From positions 1 to 64,000 of IMG/VR virus record IMGVR_UViG_3300008012_000022: a DNA stretch of 64,000 nucleotides. The stretch is one strand, 5' to 3'. The notes under the pieces are model-generated. The model was not told the origin of the DNA. It did not search any database and saw only the letters and a list, made by a program, of their open reading frames with translations. The position numbers and the translations under genes were made by a program. How positions within the stretch are numbered: position 1 is the first letter of the stretch; each line of letters begins with the position of its first letter. Below are positions 47,980 to 56,674 of this stretch, piece by piece. The DNA comes from a virus.

Positions 47980-49059
47980 ATGATTCTAGAAGCACCAATC
48001 AACCCATTGTCGATAGGCAATGTAAGTTATAATATTTTAAGGGAACTCCATCGAAGCGATTGTCGCGTCGATGGTATCTTTCCAGTCGGTAACAACTACG
48101 ATTTTACCGCTTATGAACCTGTTGACTCTGAACTGAGGCAATGGGCAGACGAAAGGAGAGCAAACGCCATAGAAAGATTGGCGCGGAAAACGCCTGTCCT
48201 GAAATGCTGGCACATTGGAGGATCAGAATCTAAACTGACTGATCATCAGACGCTACTAACCTTCTATGAGGTTGATGCCCCAACTAAAACTGAAATTGCT
48301 ATCGTGAAGTCAATGGACCACGTAGCTTTTTCCTCAAGCGAAGCTGCCGAAACTTTTAAAAGTTGTGGTTGTGATAATGTTTCACATGTTCCATTAGGTT
48401 TCGATGAAGACTTTGCAAGAGATCAAGAGGTAGTTCGGCGCGTCAACCAATGTCATTTTATTCTCGTCGGCAAGTTGGAAACACGCAAGAATACCCAACG
48501 CATTATTAAGTTGTGGTTAGAGAAATACGGTAACAATAACGATTACCAATTGACTTGCGTGGTCAACAATCCATTTTTCAAAAAAGAATTTTACACCCAA
48601 ATTGTGAATAACATATTGGGCGGCAAAACATGGTCTAATCTTAATTTTAAAGACCCTATCGCCACGAATTACGAGGTCGCTATGCTGCATAGGGCAGCAG
48701 ATATTGATTTAAGCGGAATCTCTAATGGTGAGGGGTGGGGTCTACCCGCGTTCAATAGCACGTGTCTCGGTAAGTGGTCGGTTGTATCTAATTGTTCCGG
48801 CCACTCCGATTGGGCGAACGAAGACAATTCTATTCTGATCGAAACCAATGGGAAACAGCCTTGCTATGATGGAATGTTCTTCCATGAGGGTCAACCATTC
48901 AATCAGGGGAGCTACCATCGCATCGAAGATGATGCAATTATTGATGGTATGGAGCGAGCGGTTGATAAGGTTGGAACTATTAATCAAGCTGGTCTTGATT
49001 TGGGGCGGAAGTTGACTTACAAAAATACTGTTGAACAACTATTAGAAAAATTGTCATGA
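47980..49059 (+). CDS. Family 4 (GT-B) glycosyltransferase
   Basis: VPLG.D, VGK.E.RKN, EGWGLP. Confidence 0.85.
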   Translation: MILEAPINPLSIGNVSYNILRELHRSDCRVDGIFPVGNNYDFTAYEPVDSELRQWADERRANAIERLARKTPVLKCWHIGGSESKLTDHQTLLTFYEVDAPTKTEIAIVKSMDHVAFSSSEAAETFKSCGCDNVSHVPLGFDEDFARDQEVVRRVNQCHFILVGKLETRKNTQRIIKLWLEKYGNNNDYQLTCVVNNPFFKKEFYTQIVNNILGGKTWSNLNFKDPIATNYEVAMLHRAADIDLSGISNGEGWGLPAFNSTCLGKWSVVSNCSGHSDWANEDNSILIETNGKQPCYDGMFFHEGQPFNQGSYHRIEDDAIIDGMERAVDKVGTINQAGLDLGRKLTYKNTVEQLLEKLS

Positions 49060-49478
49060 GAAAAATTCATGCACAAGCTTTTGTTGAAGCAGAACATGCT
49101 TGCAACATTGACATTCTTGTTCTTGTAAGAGAGAAGGGGCGCACTCGTCCAGCCTTACCAAAGGAAATTCAATCTTATATTATAGATACAGACTATGCGC
49201 CAGATTCTAAGTGGGCAAAAATTACATGGCATACAGGTAGCATCATTATCTTACGTTTAGTTACTGATGAAATACCAACCGATAAGGCTCAAGTTGTATT
49301 ATTTGACGGTGCCCCCGACAAGTGGATAAATATTATTGATCAAGAGAAGCTTGATGGATACATTGACAACCTTGAAGTTTCGCGCTATTTTGACAAAGAG
49401 CTAGCCGAAACAATAGAAATCTTAGCTGGCACGAATATTAATCCAATCGATGCAGCGCCCAAATTTAAGTTCGTATGA
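49056..49478 (+). CDS. Hypothetical protein with weak terminase-ATPase-like motifs
   Basis: KITW.TGS.I and VVLFD. Confidence 0.5.
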   Translation: MRKIHAQAFVEAEHACNIDILVLVREKGRTRPALPKEIQSYIIDTDYAPDSKWAKITWHTGSIIILRLVTDEIPTDKAQVVLFDGAPDKWINIIDQEKLDGYIDNLEVSRYFDKELAETIEILAGTNINPIDAAPKFKFV

Positions 49479-49684
49479 TGGAGATAGTTAGCATAATTAT
49501 AGGGATAGCAGTTACATTTATTTCAATACCGTGTCTGTTTTTAAGTATTAGTGGAAGTGCCGAGATGTCAGAAACGATAGAGATTAATGGTATTCAATAT
49601 GATACTACATGGAGACTTTTTGCGCTACCATGTTTACATCTTGTCGGTGGAATACTTTTGATCCTGCATGGATTTAATGTGTAA
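49475..49684 (+). CDS. Small two-TM membrane protein
   Basis: Two hydrophobic segments. Confidence 0.55.
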   Translation: MMEIVSIIIGIAVTFISIPCLFLSISGSAEMSETIEINGIQYDTTWRLFALPCLHLVGGILLILHGFNV

Positions 49685-49692
49685 TCGGTGGT

Positions 49693-50148
49693 ATGCCACA
49701 ATATTTGTATAAACATCCTGAAAAAGATCAATACGTGGAGATTACTCAACGTATGGTCGAAAAACATGAGTTCATTGATGCTGAAGGTGTTGAGTGGAAA
49801 CGAGTATTCACCGTGCCACAAGCTATTATTTCTGCGGGAAGTGAAGTAGACCCATTTGATATCAAATCTCACGTTGATAAGACGGGGCACATGAAAGGAA
49901 CGATGGGAGATCTTTTCGACTTCTCAAAAGAGATGTCTGAACGTCGCGCCGAAAAATTAGGTCACGAAGATCCGTTGAAACGCAAGTTTCTTAACGATTA
50001 TCACAAGCGCACTGGTAGTAAGCACCTTGACGACTTACCGAAGAAAATCGAAACAGAGCACGCCACGATTGATTTAACAAAACCGATGGAACTTCCAACG
50101 GGTGGCGCTTATGATCTGCCGACTTCTACTTCTAGCGATGACGATTAG
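49693..50148 (+). CDS. FmdB-like protein lacking the zinc-ribbon cysteines
   Basis: MP.Y.Y, E..Q.M, W.RVF..P; GTGTAA 8 nt upstream. Confidence 0.65.
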   Translation: MPQYLYKHPEKDQYVEITQRMVEKHEFIDAEGVEWKRVFTVPQAIISAGSEVDPFDIKSHVDKTGHMKGTMGDLFDFSKEMSERRAEKLGHEDPLKRKFLNDYHKRTGSKHLDDLPKKIETEHATIDLTKPMELPTGGAYDLPTSTSSDDD

Positions 50149-51267
50149 TTACCAACTAAGTGCAATTCGCGCCCAACCGCTATCATTTCTAGACCCCCAT
50201 CCTGTGCAGACGTACATATAATCGTCGTCCCACACAACTTGTCGTCTTCTACCCGTCGAATTATAATTGGTAGGCACAGTAACTCCTGAACCGAGTTGAA
50301 TATACTCTTTGACAAATAACTCTCCTGAGTCCGTAATGGCACCACAAAGTTCATCGTTGCCATTCTCTACTGACAGAGAATTTTCTCTGAAATACGCGTC
50401 GTTATCGCCAGTGTTATGGTAATCTCGACCAGAATCTATATCGTTGATTCTGAGGTTGAGACTGCTTCGGAATACTCCTGATGAATGGTGCTCTAATTCT
50501 GGCGCGAAAGTATGAAGAGTGAAGAAATTGTTGTATCCTGATGCTTTGATACGATCACCTGATGACATCAAAATATCGTTTTCCATTTGGATTTCACCAG
50601 TAATATTCTCTTCGATACTGTGTATCAATGAGTCATTGCTATCCCTCATATCTCCGAGGAATCTAGCTACTCCACTGAATGTTCCAGTTCCACCAACATC
50701 TAAATTGTTATTTGCGACAATATCGTGTCCGCTTATGAATAATTCTCCACCTGTTATCCACAACGCATCATCTAAATAAGTTTGGTTCTGTAAAAATATA
50801 CCCCCATTGAAATACATAGCGAGAGTATCATCACCCATATCTTCACCGATGGTGAACAGACTATCTTTCAATACCATAGCTCCTGTATGAAGGATATTAA
50901 TGTAACTACCTATAGCTGTAGAATAATCGCCGCTTACATCGTTACTTACTCCACCAACAATTGTATTATTTTTGCCAGTTATCGTTGAATTGGAAGACGA
51001 TACGATGGTATTATCTATTCCTCCTACGACATTATTTATGCCGTTAAACATGTGAGAACGATCATCAGTTGTCACATTATTACTAGAATTCGGAGTATAA
51101 ACAGATCCCCCGTTTAGTCCGAGAGAACCTGTTACAGTAAAGTCTCCCGTTAAAGATTCTAACAGAATGACATTAAAGAAGTCCACACCTTGATCAGTAT
51201 GGATATTTCCCGAAGGAACGTTCAAGGCGTAAGGCGTATATTGCCGTGGGTCTATCTTATTTTTCAT
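50149..51267 (-). CDS. Tail fibre-like virion protein
   Basis: Beta-helix-like N.IVGG repeats, C-terminal WDDDYMYVC...W.RIAL, SG/TG rich. Confidence 0.75.
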   Translation of the reverse strand: MKNKIDPRQYTPYALNVPSGNIHTDQGVDFFNVILLESLTGDFTVTGSLGLNGGSVYTPNSSNNVTTDDRSHMFNGINNVVGGIDNTIVSSSNSTITGKNNTIVGGVSNDVSGDYSTAIGSYINILHTGAMVLKDSLFTIGEDMGDDTLAMYFNGGIFLQNQTYLDDALWITGGELFISGHDIVANNNLDVGGTGTFSGVARFLGDMRDSNDSLIHSIEENITGEIQMENDILMSSGDRIKASGYNNFFTLHTFAPELEHHSSGVFRSSLNLRINDIDSGRDYHNTGDNDAYFRENSLSVENGNDELCGAITDSGELFVKEYIQLGSGVTVPTNYNSTGRRRQVVWDDDYMYVCTGWGSRNDSGWARIALSW

Positions 51268-51314
51268 TGATAAATTGTGGGGCGTTCCCTATGATTGAAA
51301 AAGTATTCACTGAT

Positions 51315-51842
51315 ATGAGTTACACTATTTATAAGCCAAATTCCAAATCAACAGGAGGATTAGCCTCTTTCCGTGTATCGAAGTCCGAAAAAGGAGATGA
51401 TACCGTTGCCCAATTATTTGTAGAATTCGTTCCACAAGAGTCGTGGGATTCGAAAAGTCGAACAGGAAAGTTCAGTAAAACCACCAAAAAATGCGTGATG
51501 TTTAATGTTTCTGAGGCTGGCGAGATGATTGCCTGCCTGAAAAACGGTTATCCATGGCAAACTTATCACAAATCTGAATCATCTGACACTCAAATTACTT
51601 TCGGACCATGGGCTAAGGACCATGAAGTAGGAAAAAAAGGAAATAATGGTTATTGGAGCGGCAAAAAAAATGATTGGGTGCTATCAGTTTATACCAACGG
51701 AGAGCGTAGTGGTATCACAGCGTCGGCTGGTGAAGCAGAAGTACTTCTGCGATTACTGGAGAAGTTTGTAGACACAGCATTGCTCTGTAATGCAGCGAAT
51801 CATAAGCGCCGATTTGAAGAATCACAAAAGAATAAAGACTAA
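51315..51842 (+). CDS. Conserved phage protein, possibly PC4/Whirly-like ssDNA binding
   Basis: YKPN...TG...SF, Q..WD....G.F, F...EAG pattern; fold is an inference. Confidence 0.5.
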   Translation: MSYTIYKPNSKSTGGLASFRVSKSEKGDDTVAQLFVEFVPQESWDSKSRTGKFSKTTKKCVMFNVSEAGEMIACLKNGYPWQTYHKSESSDTQITFGPWAKDHEVGKKGNNGYWSGKKNDWVLSVYTNGERSGITASAGEAEVLLRLLEKFVDTALLCNAANHKRRFEESQKNKD

Positions 51843-52147
51843 TGGGAGAGAAATCTATATTTGACCTGATTGCGTTGTGGCATCATGATCGAAATTTAAT
51901 TGAAGGTGCAACGGATAAAGACCAGTTTGCAAAACTTATTCAGGAAGCTGGAGAATTGTCAGTAAGTATCTGTAAGCAACGATCACCGAAAGATGATATT
52001 GGTGATATGATTGTGGTTCTAACCAACATTGCCGAACGACACGGACTCACTATAGAAGAATGCGCCGAACATGCTTATAACGAAATTAAAGATCGTCGTG
52101 GTAAGATGGTTGATGGAGTGTTTATCAAGGAAGATTGTGACGATTGA
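51842..52147 (+). CDS. MazG-like NTP pyrophosphohydrolase
   Basis: W..DRNL, KL..EAGEL, DDIGD..VVL, AY.EIKDR.G.M.DG.F.KE. Confidence 0.85.
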   Translation: MGEKSIFDLIALWHHDRNLIEGATDKDQFAKLIQEAGELSVSICKQRSPKDDIGDMIVVLTNIAERHGLTIEECAEHAYNEIKDRRGKMVDGVFIKEDCDD

Positions 52148-52403
52148 ACCGCAACATTTGTAACAGTTAACGGTGGGTTAGCTGGAGCTAGTTTATTTAA
52201 GTAATGAAAGTGGGTGATATAATATCACATGACAGATTGGGTCGTGGGGTTGTAACTAAATTGTTTATAGGTAAAGGTAATAAAAAAGGAACAGATGAAA
52301 TAATTGATTGTCACATGATGAAAGTTAAATACGATTCAGATGGACAAATAAGAAGTTGTTTTCAAAATTGTTCTTTGGTTACGAAATTGCGTAGTGAAAA
52401 TTA

Positions 52404-54287
52404 ATGAAAATCCTATTCGTTTCCAACTTTTCTAAAGCTGTTACAGGGTTTGGAAAGAACATGAAGAATGTCCTTCGGGCACTTCATGAAGATCCGCGCT
52501 TCGAAGTAGTTGAAGCGGCGAACGGCTGTCTATATGGTGCCGATTTGAGGACACCATGGAAAAGCTATGGCACATTTCCATCTAATCCATCTGTGCGCCA
52601 AAAGATTGAGGCTAACCCTCATGAAAAACGGATGGCAGAGTATGGCAACCATACTATTGACGATATTGTTTACGCTGAGAAACCTGATATCATCGTCGGT
52701 ATCGAAGATATTTGGGCGTTCGATTGGGCCAAAAGGAAGTGGTTTAACGAAATACCTGTAGTTATCTGGACAACTCTTGATTCTTCACCTGTTTTACAGC
52801 AAGCGTATGATTTAGCGCCGAAGGTTGATAAATTTTTGGTGTGGGCATCCTTCGCAGAGAAGGAGATGAAAAAGAATGGAGTAGATAATGTTGAAACTAT
52901 ACACGGAGCTATTGATCTGTCACATTTCCATCCTTTGGAAGACGAAAAGCGCCAAAAATTACGAGAGCGTCATGGAATTGATGACTTTCTGGTGGGTTTT
53001 GTTTTTAAAAACCAGCTACGCAAGTCTGTCCCTAATCTACTGGAAGGTTTTAAACAATTTCAAGAAAAGAATCCTAACGCGAAACTGTTACTACATACCG
53101 ATTGGGTGGTAAGTGATAACACGTGGGACATTCCGCGCTATATCAAAGAGAAAGGTTTACACCCTGCTTCTGTATTAGCCACATATTTATGTGAAGGTTG
53201 TAAGCGTTACCAGTTGCTTCCATATACAGGGGAGAAGATTCGTTGTTCATGTTGTGGCGGCGAAGATACTCTTGTCACAAAGTCGAACATGTTTGGTGTC
53301 ACCGAACATGAACTGAACGAGATTTATAATATGATGGATGTATATTGTCATCCATTTACATCAGGTGGGCAAGAGCTACCTGTTCAAGAGGCTAAAGCTG
53401 CGGGTTTAACGACCTTAGTAACTGAATATAGTTGCGGCACAGACTGTTGCTATGAGAACATGGGAGGTCTACCGCTGAAATGGGTAGAATATAGAGAACC
53501 ATATACTCAGTTCATCAAAGCTACTACACTTCCAGAGTCTATTTGTGAACAGCTACAGAGAGTCAAAGATTTTACCGAAGAAGAGAAACAGATTATGAAA
53601 AATCGTTCTCTCAATTGGGTCGGACTTAACTTTTCTGTAAAAAGAACAGTTGAAAAGTTAACGTCCATCTTTGAAGAGTTTGGTAAATGCGAGTGGGATT
53701 TTAATCGTGAGGATAAATATTATGATTCAGACTTTGAACCAGATTCGGCGCTCCACGATACTGAATGGGTCCAATCTTTATACAAAGGAATTTTCGATAA
53801 GGATTTTGATGATTCACACGTAGAGGTTAAAGAAAGTCTACAAGTTATTCAACGCGAAGGTAGAGACAAGCTACATGAATATTTAAAAGCTGCGGCTAGA
53901 CAAAAGAATGCTGAAAAGAAAGGGCGCGAAACTTCTCTAGAGGATCTGTTAGATGGTAAGAAGCAAGACAGAATTGCAGTTGTTCTACCAGAATCCGCTG
54001 GAGATGTATTAATGTGTAATTCGCTACTATCGAATTTGAAGAAACTATACCCAAAGAAGGATATTTACTTTTTCACAAACCCTATGTTTTTTCCCATGGT
54101 AAATGCTAATCCAGCAATACACAAATTGATTCCTTATAAAGAAGGACTTGATAATCTTCTATTATTAGAGGGTCAAGGCAAGCATAGTGGCTACTTTGAT
54201 ATGGCATTTTTGCCACATGTAGGTTGCCAAAGAATACTAAATTATTTACATAATGGAAAACAACAACACCAATTCAGTCTCCGCTAA
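52404..54287 (+). CDS. Family 4 glycosyltransferase fused to a GT9-like N-terminal lobe
   Basis: TGFG, KNQ.RK, GGQELP..EA..AG; C-terminal SAGDVL....L..LK..YP. Confidence 0.85.
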   Translation: MKILFVSNFSKAVTGFGKNMKNVLRALHEDPRFEVVEAANGCLYGADLRTPWKSYGTFPSNPSVRQKIEANPHEKRMAEYGNHTIDDIVYAEKPDIIVGIEDIWAFDWAKRKWFNEIPVVIWTTLDSSPVLQQAYDLAPKVDKFLVWASFAEKEMKKNGVDNVETIHGAIDLSHFHPLEDEKRQKLRERHGIDDFLVGFVFKNQLRKSVPNLLEGFKQFQEKNPNAKLLLHTDWVVSDNTWDIPRYIKEKGLHPASVLATYLCEGCKRYQLLPYTGEKIRCSCCGGEDTLVTKSNMFGVTEHELNEIYNMMDVYCHPFTSGGQELPVQEAKAAGLTTLVTEYSCGTDCCYENMGGLPLKWVEYREPYTQFIKATTLPESICEQLQRVKDFTEEEKQIMKNRSLNWVGLNFSVKRTVEKLTSIFEEFGKCEWDFNREDKYYDSDFEPDSALHDTEWVQSLYKGIFDKDFDDSHVEVKESLQVIQREGRDKLHEYLKAAARQKNAEKKGRETSLEDLLDGKKQDRIAVVLPESAGDVLMCNSLLSNLKKLYPKKDIYFFTNPMFFPMVNANPAIHKLIPYKEGLDNLLLLEGQGKHSGYFDMAFLPHVGCQRILNYLHNGKQQHQFSLR

Positions 54288-54447
54288 GGTTCTACAAGAA
54301 GCATTAACCGTGGCTAAAAATCGTGGCGAAGGGGTAAACTGGTCTGCTTTTGAGCGCCGAATTCTCAACGCACTTGAGGAAGAACATGGCATCAAGTTTC
54401 GTAATGAACGATTGGCACGTAAAACTATAGAGGCTACTAGATAAAGT

Positions 54448-54744
54448 ATGGACTTAAATGATCTAAACGATTTTTATCAAAGTATTAATAGAGATCCGTT
54501 GTATTTGATTAGCGACTCTATTATAATCGACAATAAAAAATCTGAACATTTTGGGAAAAGAGCTATAGAGATACGACATCCTAACGGACTTGAAGTTACA
54601 TTAAAGGTTGGGGATAAAATTGATTGGCCCTCAACCCTTAGCGACGAAGAAGAGACTAAAACGATCGTCGCAATCGAACATCTACGTCAATGTAGTTATA
54701 CCCTTAGAGATAATAAAGATAGAATTTGGGCAGTAATAGAATGA
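54448..54744 (+). CDS. Hypothetical protein
   Basis: Coupled ORF. Confidence 0.5.
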   Translation: MDLNDLNDFYQSINRDPLYLISDSIIIDNKKSEHFGKRAIEIRHPNGLEVTLKVGDKIDWPSTLSDEEETKTIVAIEHLRQCSYTLRDNKDRIWAVIE

Positions 54745-55874
54745 GCCATTTAGTAGAACTATACGCAAAAGATCTCGGTGTTAAGATAGGTGATCCTGTC
54801 TTACATCCACATTATTATCCAGTTCCTTATGAGAAGTATATTACTATACATACTTCTGACAAGGTTCCAGCAAAGAACTATAGCTATTGGAATACAGTGG
54901 TCAAGATCCTACGCAAATCATTAGGCGACATCAAGATTGTTCAGGTCGGCACCGAAGTTGACCCACCAATTGAAGATGTTGATTGCTTCTATAATAAAAC
55001 GACTTTTAATCAGAGTATGTTTATTCTTCAGCACTCGCTATGTCATGTAGGAATCGATTCGGTTCCTGTTCATCTAGCGGCAGCATTGGAGACACCAACC
55101 GTAACAGTATACGGACATACATACTCGACCACCTGTGATACCTCATGGGTGAATACAAAGCTTAGGCATATCCAACTGAATCCAAAGCGCGAAAAAGGTG
55201 AATGTCCATCATTCTCTCTGAGCGAACACCCTAAAACCGTTGATAGGATTTTACCTGAAAAAATTGCAGAGGCAGTTTTTAAGCAGTTGGGTATGTCCAA
55301 ATTTCAATCAGAAAAAACAGTTCATGTTGGGAGAAACTTCTTACATAAAACGATTGACGTAGTGCCAACCAATGAATTCTGTAATCTACCGAAGGTTAAT
55401 GATGCTGTGGTCAGACTTCGTATGGATCTAAATCATAGCGAAGTGGATATGCACACCATTCTTCAAGGTAGTCCTAACAGTTTTGAAGTAGTAACTAACC
55501 AGCCTATCAATACGCAACTTCTTGAAATGCGTAAACCACAAATTGAAAAGGTTGTTTACACGACAGATGAATTTGACGAACCATTCCTTGAATACCTTCG
55601 GAATTCAAATATTAAATTTGAACTGAATTCGACAAACCCCAAAAAGCTTGCCGAACAACGCAATAAGTTTTTTCACTTCGATATTGTTCTTGAAGTTCCT
55701 CCAGAAATCCCATCGAAGGTTAAAAAAGATGTGTTAAAGAAAAATGTTCAGTTTGATACGGGGAAAATATACCTCATAGGAGATAAAAGAGTCGTCACAT
55801 TAGCAAAAAGTTACGATTCTGATGAATTTTGGCTTGACGCAGAGTATTTTAGGTTCTATACTAACACAAATTAA
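54741..55874 (+). CDS. GT9 (heptosyltransferase-like) glycosyltransferase
   Basis: YITIH, K.Y.YW, VQVG, GIDS.P.HLAAA...P.V..YG. Confidence 0.85.
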   Translation: MSHLVELYAKDLGVKIGDPVLHPHYYPVPYEKYITIHTSDKVPAKNYSYWNTVVKILRKSLGDIKIVQVGTEVDPPIEDVDCFYNKTTFNQSMFILQHSLCHVGIDSVPVHLAAALETPTVTVYGHTYSTTCDTSWVNTKLRHIQLNPKREKGECPSFSLSEHPKTVDRILPEKIAEAVFKQLGMSKFQSEKTVHVGRNFLHKTIDVVPTNEFCNLPKVNDAVVRLRMDLNHSEVDMHTILQGSPNSFEVVTNQPINTQLLEMRKPQIEKVVYTTDEFDEPFLEYLRNSNIKFELNSTNPKKLAEQRNKFFHFDIVLEVPPEIPSKVKKDVLKKNVQFDTGKIYLIGDKRVVTLAKSYDSDEFWLDAEYFRFYTNTN

Positions 55875-55879
55875 GAATT

Positions 55880-56674
55880 ATGAGTACAACTAAGAAAGCT
55901 CCAACTAAGAAAGCTTCAACGAAAAAAGCACAACCGCTTCTCAAACGAGATAGTAATGGTTTGTTAGAAGGAGTTGAATACAAATTTGACGATGATGGAT
56001 TTATTGATTGGAGGGCAATGGTATCGCCTGATATGGTCTATCCTAATAAGGACTGGTTCGCGGCTCATAATAAGCCTGTGCCACCTGAGACTCCAGAAGA
56101 ACTAGCCAAACTAAAAGATAATCAGTTAGTTATTAAATTGGGTGGGTTGAAAAAATTGCTCCGACTTCGCGGCTATGATCGTGTTGAATTCGATATCAAC
56201 AATGTCGCAGAAGGACACGTAGTAGCTAGTGCATGGATCTCATTCGCGCCGAACTACGAAACTAATGGTGAGAAAGTCCACTACAACGAGGTAGCCAACG
56301 CACGAGACGACAACACAGATAGCTTCGGAGAGAAATATTTGGAAACATTCGCGGCTAACCGTGCATTTGCACGGTGCATCCGTAACTTTCTGAACATCAA
56401 CATCGTCTCTAAAGAGGAAATGGACCAGTCTAGTGGTAAGTCGCCATCATCATCGAGCAGTAATAATGATGCGCCTGCTTCATCAGGATTCACGCCTCAA
56501 GATTCCCTCAAGAATAAGGCTAACGAAAAAGGTTTTAACACCTTTCCTAAATTCCTACAAAGACTTCGCGACCTATGGGAAGAAGGAACCTACAAAAACG
56601 CAGAAGCTAAGAATTGGAAAGGTTTCAAAGATGTTCCTGCTAAAGATGCACGGACCCTTATCACCTTAATCTAA
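55880..56674 (+). CDS. Probable single-strand annealing protein (Rad52/Sak-like)
   Basis: I.L.GL..L, A.NRAF.RC.RNFLNI..V..EE, disordered linker. Confidence 0.55.
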   Translation: MSTTKKAPTKKASTKKAQPLLKRDSNGLLEGVEYKFDDDGFIDWRAMVSPDMVYPNKDWFAAHNKPVPPETPEELAKLKDNQLVIKLGGLKKLLRLRGYDRVEFDINNVAEGHVVASAWISFAPNYETNGEKVHYNEVANARDDNTDSFGEKYLETFAANRAFARCIRNFLNINIVSKEEMDQSSGKSPSSSSSNNDAPASSGFTPQDSLKNKANEKGFNTFPKFLQRLRDLWEEGTYKNAEAKNWKGFKDVPAKDARTLITLI

